In this document: piece by piece, positions 27,620 to 41,261 of the stretch
Layout: every line of letters begins with the position of its first letter
How positions within the stretch are numbered: the stretch's first letter is position 1
DNA from: Octopus vulgaris
Lineage: Eukaryota
Length of the DNA stretch: 64,000 bases
Assembly (NCBI GenBank): GCA_951406725.2
Contig: OX597820.1
Location: 92,814,001 to 92,878,000 of the forward strand
Direction: 5' to 3'
Position numbers and translations under genes: made by a program
Notes under the pieces: generated by a model
Seen by the model: only the letters and a program-made list of their open reading frames with translations
What the model was told of the DNA's origin: nothing
Database searches by the model: none

Positions 27620-28760
27620 CACCAATACTTCTCAATACAAACTTATTTCTCGTATAAAGAATTTTAAGAAATAAAATATCTTTAATATTCTCAAATAAAA
27701 TTTGACAATCTTTTAAAAGTAGAAAACAATAACTATAAAGTACTCCTAAACAAGAAATTTACCCAGAATTGTAAAAGGATTCATATTATATAAAATTGCT
27801 GCTAGAACTACAGCTCATAAAGATAAAGTTGGCAACAGACTAATATGTTTTACTAAGAAACGTAAGTCACACTTAATGATTATGATAAGAATAAATATTA
27901 ACCCATCTTTCGAGAACTGTGATAGGATTAGTTAGAAAGAAAATATTAATATTTTCATTAAGTTTAGAATTCAACTAAGGCGGTGAGCTGGAAGAATTGT
28001 TACCGCGCCGAACAAAATGGTAAGTGACAAGTGTTCCAAATTTAGACCGGGATTGACTTTGCCTTTTATCATTTGGGGGCTTTATGAAATAAGTACCAAT
28101 CGAATGCTGAGGTTGATGAAATTTTTTACCCCTCCATACAATTGCTAGCATTGTCCCAAAATTTGAACCACTTTTAGGAAGTCGATTGATGTTTAGCAAT
28201 AGAGCAAGAGTAATACGATAATAAACCTCTTTAATAACATGAATAATAAAGTAGTTTCATATGAATGTTTCATATCAATATTAGCGAACTTTAACCAACC
28301 AACACAAAACCCTTACACATCCGCGACCTTGTATATACTAAGATAAATTATAATATCCATAATAGTGCTTTGAATATTCCCATACCCTCTAGAAAACGCT
28401 GCGACGCAGCAAAGATTTCACAGGGGTAAAAAAAATGTCAGATCACATATGTTTATTCGAGGTCAGTATAGTGTCGTCTTTCAACGCAAAAATATGGGAT
28501 AATGTTGATTTATGTATCCTAGATACACTCAAAACAACATCTATCATAAAGAAGATTTGTATAGAAGTAATAGATAATTATATCCATCATACAAGTGGAA
28601 ATACAAGGGAAATAATAAAAAATTTCGACATCAAAATAGTTATCACCACTAACATAAGTGTTATAGATTTCTATGATGCTATTCCCAATTGACCAGAGAC
28701 AAGCACATACGCTTTAGCAAACTGAATGAAAATTTCTCATATATTAATATAGGCGTCTGC
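27620..28760 (+). pseudogene. Fossil Penelope-like element reverse transcriptase remnant
   Basis: ORF 28435-28692 LFEVSIVSSFNAKIWDNVDLCILDTLK...IIKNFDIKIVITTNISVIDFYD resembles PLE RT/thumb motifs (LFDVTMGSxDGAExxxLVGLYIL; LKITIxTNxKxVxFLD); upstream NNYKVLLNKKFTQN; many stops. Recognised by eye only. Confidence 0.5.
27977..28170 (+). mobile_element. SINE S1, degraded, inserted in the PLE remnant
   Basis: aaggcggtgagctggaagaattgttaccgcgccgaacaaaatg...gactttgccttttatcatttggggg..aaataagtacca. Confidence 0.75.
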
Positions 28761-29395
28761 GTCTAATAGTCTGTACTGATTTCAGCGCTAAGTGTGAATC
28801 TCCGTCTTCACTCAGCATGTAATCATTTAACGACCTAGCAGGTGATGCTTTGCGAGGATTTACAAATAAGACAGACGTAAGATTTTCCTATTAAACTGTA
28901 TGTTGTAGTTCATTCAAGATTATTTTTAGAGGTATTTTGAGCCGATAGGTAAATGTACTTGTATAGATGTTTTAGCAGTTAAAGTCACTAAGTTAAACAA
29001 CATTACCGTTTGCCGCAAATTTTATAGAATAGCCAATTTAAAATAATCACGGGCATGTAAGACTCTTGGTTTCTTATTGATAACACCGCTCTCAATGAAA
29101 AGTGTTTCAGAGTATATTGTTCGCGTTAATTTATATTTAGATCCAACGCAGTGTGTATTCGATTTCCCTAGATTTTATTGGACTTAATTGTTGGTTGTGC
29201 TGCTGATTTATTTCTGAAACAATATCATTTGATGCATTTAATTATCATTAGATGCATTTAAATGCTTAATCTGTTACTTAATAGAGCGTAATATATCAAT
29301 AAGCTAAATTATTACTCTTATGTAGTGTCCACACAGAGAAGACGTCACAATGAAGGATGCCTATTTATTTGTGAGATGCCTGTGTACATACACAC

Positions 29396-29459
<64 letters not shown>

Positions 29460-29654
29460 ACATATACATATATGTATTAGCATATATATATATACATTTA
29501 TATATATATATATCATGTTGAACCGTTAATCCCTACACATAATTTTCTCTCTCTTTCATTTGTCCTTTTCCCTCTTAATCCTTTTTGTCGAAGTGATTAG
29601 TTGCGTGAATTTTGCCATCAGAAACGGATAACTATATCTTCTTTTCAAGTTTTT

Positions 29655-29808
29655 GCACAAGGCCAGCAATTTCGGGCGCGGTTAAGCTGGTTGCATTGAC
29701 CCCAGTGCTCAACCGGTACTTATTTTAGCGACATCGTCAGAACTCAGAATATAGAGAGAGACCTAAATGCCTCTAAGCATTTTGCCTGGCGTGCCAGCTC
29801 GCCGCCTT
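29655..29808 (-). mobile_element. SINE S1, degraded with deletions
   Basis: Ends gcattttgcctggcgtgccagctcgccgcctt, the reverse complement of the S1 head. Confidence 0.7.
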
Positions 29809-29880
29809 CGAATACCATATAAAATGAACACATACACATGCACTCACACACAACATATGTATGCACGACAGATCGCTAGC

Positions 29881-30048
29881 CGCTACACATTCTTTATTTT
29901 CTCTCCTTGTTCCTTTCTGTGGAAGAAGGTAGCTCGAAACGTTAAAGAGTTTTTCACTTTCCGAGCGTTATACTAATACATCAGTTTGCTGTCTACACCA
30001 CCTGTCTTTGTCTTTTGAGTTTGTTTATTTTTTTGTGTGAATCCTCCC
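29881..30048 (+). mobile_element. ~165-bp repeat (probable Penelope-like terminal repeat) carrying a hammerhead-like motif
   Basis: Homologous in opposite orientation to 33008-33167; contains cttt-ctgtggaa-...gctc-gaaac-gtta-aag; 3' end abuts (TA)n. Confidence 0.65.
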
Positions 30049-30419
30049 TATATATATATATGTATATATATACACCATACAGAATAGGTATGCCCAGTAT
30101 TAGAAAATCTGAAAATAGGAATATCTGAATACAATAGTGCACACCATCTGTAAAACATGCCCAAATCGATCTCTACTGCAGGAATTTGCTTCCAAGTAAA
30201 AAAAGAAAAACCACGTATGCACTCATTGCGATGATAGTTTGGACAATGCTTTCTCTAGATCCAAATATACCTCAATCAACCACTTTGAAAGTGAATTGGG
30301 AATAATCATGAGTAGCTTCGTTATCGTAGTTAATACCCTGTATATCAAAATACAAAACTAGTACAATGGAACTGTAATCATAACGTCATTAAATGCATTG
30401 ACGTCACTGAAACGAAATC

Positions 30420-30900
30420 ACCCATCATATTCGACCAATTTCACTTTTCGAATATTTCATCCATCCATGTCTAAATGTCTCTTTCTAAAATCGTGTATTT
30501 CAGGAGAGAATTCAATACAATTTACGATATATGTACTAGAATAATAAAGAATGCCTGAAATTAACTACCATACTACAACGATTCCTACTGACTCGAAAAG
30601 TAGGGTAACCCATTTTCGACGATTCCATGAATCTGACACAGCTGACTGCGTAGGGTTGCTTAACTTTGATTCTCTCAGCAAAAACACCCTTACAGTATTA
30701 CTTTGTATTAAGGTGACGATTTAACAATCCCATAGGATATGAACTTCCACACCATATATTAATTTTAAAAGAATTTAATAGGAACATTTAAGATGTTACA
30801 TTTAAACCTATGTATTTACACAAACTTAATGATAGCTAACTTCCTATCTACACCCCTGAACTTAAACACAAGCAAACACTACCCAAATAATGCCACAATA
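30420..30900 (+). pseudogene. Second, very degraded Penelope-like RT remnant
   Basis: IFHPSMSKCLFLKS (cf. FYPSISxxLLxKA) at ~30453-30494, and a degenerate FDxSMxSxxxADxVGL-like stretch near 30615-30660. Confidence 0.35.
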
Positions 30901-32314
30901 TGCATGAACAAAACTTCCAATTATCTTTAACCAAAATCAGGAATAGCGCAACGAGTAGAGATGATTCTTTAATATAACCCCTGTCTGGGACATCTTTAAT
31001 AAGACCAGTGTATGTTTAAATTATTCTGTTATATCATTTGTATAGTAGCTATTAAAATAATTCCAGGACAGCCTCTGTGTGGTAGCTGCCATAGATTTCT
31101 GTACATTAAATGAAAGATTACGTGGAATTGTTATGAAGCGTCTAAATTATCAGCTTTATTGCCTACACGGTTAGGAAATGATATATCACATCGATAATTA
31201 AAGTGGATAAAATATGATCCGACTGATTAATAAGAAATTAAACTGATTATATCCAATGCAAAATGCTATAATTTATTTTTAAATACTTTACAATGTCACA
31301 TTTTATTAGCAAATTAGCTCTTAATATGTTATTTAGATAATGTAGTGGCAGAGGAAAATTGAGAGACAGGCAATATTGTTTGTATTGTGGGTGAGAGAAG
31401 AATTAAGTATTTATCTGAATAATGCTAGCAAACATAGACTTATGCAGTATACTACACCCTTAAAATTAGGAAATTTATCATGTGGCCAAGAATAAATCAT
31501 ATCGGACAAGTAAACGATCAGACCGAGAGCATTCTTTTGGGCATAAGCTTTTGACTCTTACCCACAGGAAAAGCGCAGATGTGATACGGTAATGAAGTTC
31601 GATCGACAACTGTGTAGCTTCCGGTTAAAACCTAAAACACAACACGTTCGGCTGGCCTCTTCTACACTATTCTCAAATCAGCCCAATATTTTTGAGTGAA
31701 ATTTCTTTGACGGTAAGTGGAAGACCATCTGAGAAATATATCTTGATCTAGGCAACTAGACTTAATCCGTATCCATGTTTAACACCATTTTCCAGATTTT
31801 AGACGCCTTTACTAGGTTTCACTCTGTAGTAAGCACTTAGGTTTTTTATCTATGGTATGAGAATAACATTCCTCACATTAACCCCATAAGTTCTCAAAAT
31901 TGTCATGTTACTGTACTTCAATCTATGTCATTACACATGACTTACCCCTTCTGTCAGCATTAGCCTTTTCCTTCCAGTCAATGACATCTAACTGATACGT
32001 GGGTAACCGATACGAAAGAAATTCACTGTTCGCGTTCAGAATAAATTTTGGAAATAGATAATAAATTGTGAAATTTTGAATGCAGCTTTGTTATGCACAA
32101 TTACAAAGTACTTTCCTCAAATCACTCTCAGCCATTCCACGAGGATTTGAGTAAAGCATGTATTAAATTATCATGGTGTCACACCAAGAAATCTTTTTAT
32201 CGGAGACTATACTCTAATATCACAAGCGTATATTAGTCTCATACACACACATATACATGCACACACATAATTATATATACATATATATATATACATACAT
32301 ACACACACACATAC

Positions 32315-32345
<31 letters not shown>

Positions 32346-32953
32346 TGAATGTATACATATGTCCTGTGAGAGTGGGTGTGCAGTCGTTCTCGGTTGCCGC
32401 ATCTACATATTACAATAATTTTTTTTTTATATCCAAGTAAGCAAATTAAATAGGAATTTCTCTTTGAGTGACATTAACCAATAATTGTTTGATATTTGTT
32501 CATTGTCAACGAATAAAACACTCGAAAGTATCCAACAGATATTCTTGTTAAAAACAGGAACTATATTTAATAGACATTTATAAGTAAAGGAAATTGCCAA
32601 TGATGCCAAAATACATAAATATTTATAGTCACTCAGAACCGGTTCCTGTCACAAAATTATTTGTAAATACAAGGTTGAAAATTTGTCTTAAATACCGAAT
32701 ACTATCTGACTCCAAAAATGTAATATGTACTATTGCTTTTCTCTTAATAGACGTTCCAGTTGAGGAAAAAGTCATTTTCAAACCTTATGCTAGAAACTTA
32801 TACACACACACAAATACACGCACAAACACACACAAACACACACACATACATATGGATCATCAATCTGAGCATGTTTTACATATGGTGTGCATTGTTGTAT
32901 TCAGTCATTCCTATTTTCAGATTTTCTAATACTGGGCATACCTATTCTATATG

Positions 32954-33007
<54 letters not shown>

Positions 33008-33010
<3 letters not shown>

Positions 33011-33167
33011 AGGATTCACAAAAAAAAACCAAAAGACAAAGACAGGTGGTGTAGAGAGCAAACAGATGTATTAGTATAACGCTCGGGAAGTGAAAAAGTC
33101 TTTAACGTTTCGAGCCTACGCTCTTCTACAGAAAGGAACAAGGAGAGAAAATAAAGAATGTGTAGTG
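33008..33167 (-). mobile_element. Second copy of the ~165-bp PLE-like terminal repeat
   Basis: Minus strand ctacacattctttattttctctccttgttcctttctgtagaagagcgtaggctcgaaacgttaaagac...gtgaatcctcc, then (TA)n. Confidence 0.65.
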
Positions 33168-33529
33168 CACAGGACTAACAATATTCTTTAGGTTAGTAAG
33201 GAACAGCGCATATTTCTGTGTCAGAATCCCAGGTTATATTAAATTACCATTCGATATTTTAAATCCATGGTTGTGTTCCAATTATATTAGCTTTTACAAA
33301 GATTGATATACAACAAAAGACATAAATAATGGTATTTAATTATTTTTCTTTGCTGAAGTAAGTCAAATTTACTGTGTGTTCATTATTTATGCCTTTTCAT
33401 ATATATGTATATATTACGGAGATGTACTTGCATAGCAAGTGACCTGATCTGAGATCGTGTGCTGGAACGAAAACAATTGCAGCGTGGAAGGTGTTTATAA
33501 GCCTTTTAAGAAACACACAAAAACCGTTT

Positions 33530-33715
33530 GATTCACTTCAACATTTATATTTAATTTGTCAAAATATTTTCGTCGCTTTGAGACCGTGACCTGTTCACTG
33601 ACAAAAATCCGTGCTGCATCTCTCCGTGCAGCACGGAATTTTGTCAATGAACAGGTCACGGTCTCAAAGCGACGAAAATATTTTGACAAATTAAATTTAA
33701 ATGTTGAAGTGAATC
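33530..33715. repeat. Long near-perfect inverted repeat (89-bp arms, 8-nt spacer)
   Basis: 33530-33618 vs 33627-33715; 3 mismatches counted by eye; spacer tctctccg. Confidence 0.95.
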
Positions 33716-33726
33716 TGTGTGAGTGT

Positions 33727-33727
<1 letters not shown>

Positions 33728-33767
<40 letters not shown>

Positions 33768-33876
33768 TAGACAGACAGATAGATAGATAGATAGACAGAC
33801 AGATAGATAGATAGGATAGATAGGATAGATAGGATAGATTGGGTAGATAGATAGGGTAGATAGATAGGGTAGATAG

Positions 33877-33938
<62 letters not shown>

Positions 33939-33939
33939 C
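33728..33939. repeat. (GACA)n/(GATA)n compound microsatellite
   Basis: Direct reading. Confidence 0.95.
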
Positions 33940-33974
33940 ATGATGAAATGCGAGGATCTATATTATATCTGACA

Positions 33975-34293
33975 TTCCGTCAGTTACGACGACGAGGGTT
34001 CCAGTTGATCTCATCAAAGGAACATCCTGCTCCGGAAATTAAGGTGGAAGTGGCTGATCACCCTACAGACACGTATACTCTTAATGTAGTTCTGAAAGAT
34101 ATTCAACGTGACACAGAGTGTGACAATCCTGGCCCTTTGAAATACAGGTACTACTTATTTTTTGTCAGCTGGGTGAACTGTCAGCAACGTGAAATAAAGT
34201 GTCCTTCTCAAGAACACAACATGTCGGTAGTAACTGAACTCACGACCTTAGATCGTCAGCCGAATACCGTAACCACTAAACCACGCGTTTTCA
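33975..34293 (-). mobile_element. tRNA-derived SINE, mosaic of S3 head and S4 central domain
   Basis: Head matches 42190-42329; central acctgtatttcaaagggccaggattgtcacactctgtgtcacg matches 45463-45507. Confidence 0.75.
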
Positions 34294-36128
34294 CATACGA
34301 AATCTAACTCTGACCTAATTATATTATTTTATGAAATTGCCATTTATTCAACAATGCTCCAGAAAAGACAATACTTATTTCTCTTTCTTTCTCAAAACCT
34401 CACTGTCTTTTCGCACTTCCAACAATATGGATGTTTCATCTTCGTTTAAGATATCGAATTCCGGATTTCCACATGCCTAAATTTTGTTGTGCACATATAC
34501 CATACTAGTATTCAACCAACTACTTAAACTTTCTAATGGACGCACTTCTTATCTGAATTAAGCAGTGCAGATACTTTTTTGACATTATTTGTTCTCTTTG
34601 CTGTTTCTGTCTAACCAAATCAACTGGGTTCTGGTTGTAAAAGACTCAGTATAATCACGACAACTAGATAAGCATTTTTCATGCTATAATCACTTCTTGA
34701 AATTTCAAGTACATAGGTTATGTTTGAAAGCTTCGTAGATGCTAAGAAAACTCCCAAAAGTACTGAAGGAGACGTAAATCTCAGACTTCACTGCACCAAA
34801 TTGCTGAAATGTATTGTCTGTTCGGAAATTGTTAAATAACTTGAATTAAAATTGTCATTACATTACACGCATGGTTTTGGCACCATGCGAAGCAATTTAA
34901 TGCATTTCCTTCAGCATTGCGACGAGACGATAAAGTCATTGTCGGTAGGCTGCAAATTTGATTGCATATATTCGAAGTGCTTTATCTTTTCTTTTTTTTT
35001 TTTCAAAGTGCGGTTCAGAGAAATATATGACGTAATCTGAGACTTCAGTAGTTCAGTAAATCTCAACTGTCTTGTTTTAAGACTTCCTGGAGCGCATGTG
35101 GTTGCAAATCAGACTTTTTATTTTTAACATTGACTTAGAGAAAACTCGTCGAAATGATATTTCTAAAAGTGGTATTTGAAATGAGATTTAAAATAGACAC
35201 AAGATCACAAATTTTGAGACGGTGTAGAACCGATTTTAGTAAATTGTAACCAAGGAACAAGTCTACAAAAACATTTGGACAACTGATCAACGGATATTAT
35301 GAACTTTAGTACTTGGATGAATGAAAGATAAAGACGTCACAACTGGATTCTACTCAGAAGACAAATGCAAAGACAAAACACCCAGAATATTTTGTCGACC
35401 ACTCTACTGATTCTGCTAATTGGCCGTCTTGTTTGCAGCCGACAGAAGTAACAGAAAAATGGTAACGCATATGGAATAGGGAATTATAATTAGACGCGAA
35501 TTCTTTAAGGATTTTTGTTTGGGGAATTTGGAAATGTAATCTTTTAATGCAATCTAACAGAGTCTAAAACGCAACACAATTGATACTAGATCCATTGCAG
35601 AATTTCTTGGAGATTGGGGAACAGTGTTATCTAACTTTGGCACATAGTGAACTTACGTCATTATATACTACCTCTTCTGTAACAATAATTATCGAACTTG
35701 CTGTCTAGAATATATTATAACAGAGACAAATATGCTCAACGTTTGAAAAACATAGACTCTAATATGAATGGACTATCGGTTCGCATATAATTGCTAAATA
35801 TATATGCTATATTGATTAATATATATGTGTGTATAATCATATGTCAGTATGTCTGTTTATATGTATGTACGTAATCCTGTATATTTTATGTATGTGTGTG
35901 TATGTGCACGCAGGGTTATAATATATTTATTGGCAAATGCATTTGTACACATGCCAGTTTGTATTTAGATTTTTCAGTTGTTTCTTATTAACTCTCTTAC
36001 TTCTATTTGCATTTCACATTTGCATCTACTTTCATATTTTAGAAGTTATATGAATGTCTCTCTTTCTTTCGTTTTCTCTCTCTCTTTCTTTCGTTTTCTC
36101 TCTCTCTTTCTCTCTCTCTTTTCTCTTG

Positions 36129-36160
<32 letters not shown>

Positions 36161-39100
36161 CTCTCTTCTATTATACTGAATTAATGTATCTGCACTTAAG
36201 AGTTCTTGTTAGTGGAGGAACACGGTAATACGTCCTCTCACCCATGCTTTTCAACTCATACCTAAAAAGCCTTACGATAATTTTGCAAAATGAACACACA
36301 CATCATCCTCATATGCAAATGACATCAATTTCATATCATCTCGGTAATCTCCGTAAGCAGCTGCGAAGATAATCCAACTTTACATTAATGCTCTAAATAT
36401 CTGACTTCACAATGACAGACTGAATATAGCACCAACTAAACTAGTTACATTTCTTGCCAACAACACTAGAAAATATCAAATACGGCCAACCATCACGCCC
36501 ATTAAAATGAATATATTTCCAACACAGAAGACAAACAATACTAGAATATTTATACAGCACTTTTACATTTCCAGCATACATAGAAGGTACTAAAACATCA
36601 ACAAGGCGTACAACAGCAGGTAGGACACTCATATATATCATATTTCCTCTGTATAAAGACACACTACATTGAGTTGATCATGTATATTACCACTTCTTTC
36701 CTCAACTCCCATTTATTAAACCACATGAGAAACAAAGATATGTCACCATTCCAAATTGCCTCTACTACATTTACTTAGCAAGTGTGTCTTTACGCCCACA
36801 TTCGATCTGTTAGAAATAGTAACCTAAGTGTCTAAAATTGAATTGGACTGCGTAGTCCTATATATATTAAAAAAAGATACGATGATCAAAGCCTGAAAGC
36901 CTTTCATCATACATTTGTTCGTTCGGTGTTAGTCTGGGACCCAGAAATTTTAGAAGTAATCAATGTTATTCTGGTTTAGGGTGACTTTGAGTGGAAGGAA
37001 CAGTTTACTTTTCATTATAATATACTAGAACCAATGTACCGCATCACCCGAGTTTAATGAAAGTCTCATAAAAGGTCACATGGTCTACAACTTTCTCTTT
37101 GAAAACTTGTCACTTTGCAAAGGTTTATTGATAGGGAAAAGAAATTGAAACCCGTAGCTTGAAATATACAATCGTTTACTTCCAAAAATTACTATGATAT
37201 CGCATCTGTTTCGAAATCCTGTGAGCCATAAATACCATTTTGTTCATTTACTGATGATTAATAAGTCAAGCACCTGTAATATCCATGAATTCGGATTCAA
37301 GATAATTTACACCTTCATCTCTCTGCAATGAGTTTCCTTTTCTCGAACTAAGTAGACACGAGGGGAAATTAGTCAAAATTTTCTTTCCACTGCTACTTTA
37401 TGTTACCCGCTACTGAGTTAACACATTGGCTAAACTTCGTTAGATTGTTAATTTTATAGGGTGATCCAGTAACTTAACATAATACCATTATCGTTAAAAA
37501 ATGCCTTGTTAATACACATGTTCGTTATTCTATAAAATTAGCTGCAAAAATTCAATATAATGTGTAACGTATTATAGCTGAGTCAGTTTTACATTAACTT
37601 AGTTTTCTGACAAGACTCAGTGGTTTCCAACACCAATAATTTCCGTAATAAAATTAAATCTGCAGCTTTTAACTTCCATTTTATTAAATGTCTTCTCCAA
37701 ATAACTTTAATGGAACTGCTCTTCAGTCAACAATCATTTGACAAACTTAACCTAGTTTAAAAGCGCCTGTAGATGATTTTCGTTGCTTTGCATAACTTTT
37801 AATGAATTCTCGTTTGCTTTGTTCAACAATAAAGTAGAACTTTATCATCTTTTACATAGAAGTTGAACGAGTTAGTTCTTTAATATATTTTACAAAGAAA
37901 AAGTCATTTCATCGCTTGATACGTATATTCTTTTATTTTTGATAAGTATATCTACATCAAAAAGAGACAATGATATACTTCTGATCCAGACTGCTTCTCC
38001 AAAGTAACTACAATTACGTACCAAATTTGATTCTTTCATCTAGCTTAGTGATTTAAAGTAATCACTATACAATTATTATTTTCCGGCTCCATTTTCCCCA
38101 TCAGATCGTTTAATTTATTTCGATACAACAACAAAACTCTTTACTGAAATATTGACTTTGCCAGCATACTTTATGGTATGTTTCTTGGAATTACATAATC
38201 GGAGACGCAATTTTACACTAATCGATTCGAATTTTCGTGACAAAATGACTTCAGCTAAATTTAAGTCTTACTTACGAATATAATAGACTTTTTCTTGTGC
38301 TCATGAAATAAATATGAGGCATATACTGGGATCGATCAATATTCCTTATAAATATGTGGGTTGGTAAAATTGTGGCTGGAGATTAATTAGTATCTTAATC
38401 ATGGTTCTCTTAAATCATATTGTTCTGTCTTCAAGAGCATCAGACAAAATGCACTGCACTATTTTTATGGCAATTTATATTCTGAGTTCAAATAAGGTCG
38501 GAGATAATTGCAATTTTTTTTTTCCGGGGTGAGTAAAATAAAGCAGCAGTCAAGTACTGGAATCAATTTAATCAAATACCCTCCTGTAGTTGTCAGCTCT
38601 TTGACTACGTACAAAATAACTATTACAAGTGTGGTAGATCAGAAAACCCTATGGGATAGTAAATAGAATGTTTTTTGCGTGCTTTAATTACATTTCTGTA
38701 CTGTCTCACTTTAAATCCAACGGGGATCACGTTTTGTTTTACTTTCATCCGTCCGTGGTCATTACAATTAAGACAAAGTATACACTGTTAAGGATTCCAA
38801 CAGCCATTTCCTTCCTCTAACGTTTGTGACATTCTGTTATAAACCATCATTATCATTCTCATCTAGATTTCTCGGCTAGGAAAAAAGTGTGTTGTTTCAC
38901 ATCGGATCTATCCTCGTCAGGATGACTTATGCCCAAAGAAGTTCTATTGCAAATTTGTTTACAGATAGTGTACCGAATATTATGTTCGCAAATGTACTTG
39001 ATACTATATTAATAAATGTACCAGATACTTTATTGAAGATATAACTGACGATTTCAAAAAACAATTCCCTTCTATTTTTGTCATTGGAATTTAAAATTTC

Positions 39101-40186
39101 TCTTCTATTTCTGTCATTGGGATTTTTATAAAGTAATTTTCTTTATTTTGGTGTATATGTGGCGGATATACTCATTAAGAACAAGGTTGTAGCGATACTG
39201 TCTTTACTGCAATTAATTTACCATATGAATGTTTAATATATACACGATTTTAACTTGAGATCTTTAGCTTTTGAAAAATCATTGATTTTCGATGGCGAAT
39301 AGCGTTGTCCTATTGATAACTGATTCATGAGTTGTCTTGTCATAATCATACAAAATAGGCTGCATATAATCTTGCGCAGTTGGGTGGTAATGTACAACAT
39401 GAATAATTAACTTCTTAAACTTTTATGTGATATTCGACCAGGCCACTGGATTGTTTACAGATTGCATTGTAAAATGTAGAATAGCTAAATTCTTTTTTTT
39501 TTACTATAAAGATTATTACTTTTTTTAAAAAATATATAAAAGGTAAGCGCTGTTTGCTACGTCTTACTACAGTTCAATACTACGACTGAAACGCATCTTA
39601 TTTCACAAAGTATCAAAGTATGTTAATGGCTGTAGTAATGCTGATTAAAATTCCACTGAAATTTAATTTCTTTTTTTTCTTTTTTTTTATTCTTTCAAAG
39701 CAAAATGCCTTATTTTTAAGTTCAAAACACGCACAGACACATCTACACACAGGTTTATACACACAGCCAATGGCGCGCGCTCACACAAACACACACACAC
39801 ACACACATTCTATTTTGATTTTATTCACAAGCAACTACCATACTCTGTTTTCTCCATCGAGTTGGGAATCTTTTGTCTGACTTGTCACGATACTCAGCTT
39901 TATTATCGAATCTCAAAACTCTTCGACACAAATTTCCAAGCAAAATGGCATTTTAATGTCCTCACTAAATTGCCTGACAATGCTGCGAAGACTTTTAAGT
40001 TACGGAACATTTACTGCATCTAAATGCTAAACATCTTTGAAGAAAATATGGAGACTTTTCCTGGCTCGCTCTTTCTTATTTTTTCTTTCCTTTTTGTCTC
40101 TTCTTTTTAAAAATTTCTTCTCGTTCTTTCTCTCCACATATATATGTTACATACATACATACATACATAGATACATACATACACAT

Positions 40187-40239
<53 letters not shown>

Positions 40240-41093
40240 TATAAATACATGTGTATGTATGTACATATATGTGTGTGTGTGTTTGTGTATGTACATACAT
40301 ATATGTATATATACATTCGCGCATGCACACACACATGCACACACGCACGCGCACACACACATGTAACATTACTTAGAACAACCCATGGGAGTAACTCGTC
40401 CTTCTGTTCGAGACGAATGTTAATACCATTAGATAGATGACGTATGGACGACGTTTTACTACATTTTTTGAATAATTCAACATTAGGAATTTCTTATAAG
40501 TATTCGAATATGATTACGACTAGAACTGCCTCAAAAAAAAATATGAGAAAAAAGTTTTTTAAAATATTCAACGACAATGGTTTACCATTGTAAACAATGT
40601 CTGTCTCAAACAACAGCTCTACCTCCGGAAATCAATTTCTTTGAAATATATAATATTTGAAAGGAAAGACGTGACTGCGTCGCAGTTCAAATTTTTGTGA
40701 AATACTGTTGCTCCCTTTACTTTCTGAATTCATTTCTTGTTATAAGAACGAACTGTTCCTGAAGGATGATAAAATTTAAATGCTTTTTTTACTTAACGAT
40801 GTTGAGAGTAGATTATGACCGGTATAAACAAAAGATTAGGCTATCTTTGTATGTATTGTATTAATAAAGATTAGAATATTTCACATCATTTATAATTGAT
40901 TTTGCCATACATATATTTACGTGTGAGATAAGTGTGGATGGCGAAAATGATTTGTGTCTCTCTGGAAAGACAACCTCAATATACAATCTTCTTAATATAT
41001 ATATTTCTCTTTCTTTATAATTTATTGGACAATATTTCTTACCTAGTATCTATTTATGTTACAATTGGTGACCTTTTCCACATATATATATAA

Positions 41094-41261
41094 TGTTATA
41101 TCGCAACACTACACAGTGGCTGTGTGTGCTACGAAATCCTCGTCGCCACTGTTATGTCGCACGTTCGGATGCCTCTACTACTCTGACGACGTCTAGACTC
41201 TCCCTATCTATCTACGTATTGGGATAGCCTACTTCATCGCCTGGGGGGCGTCCACACAACA
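41094..41261. mobile_element. Possible solo LTR (168 bp)
   Basis: GC-richer island bounded by TGTT...AACA; flanks tataa/tatac (4/5 match). Confidence 0.35.

Noticed and set aside
38890-38925. Minus-strand CUGACGA GGAU ag AUCC ... GAAAC as a hammerhead
   Set aside because: GAAA does not follow stem II directly, and there is no NUH triplet or stem I partner.
41113-41152. acagtggc...GAAA tcctc GTC gccactgt as a hammerhead
   Set aside because: It has a closing helix, GAAA and GUC, but no CUGAnGA-like box or convincing stem II.
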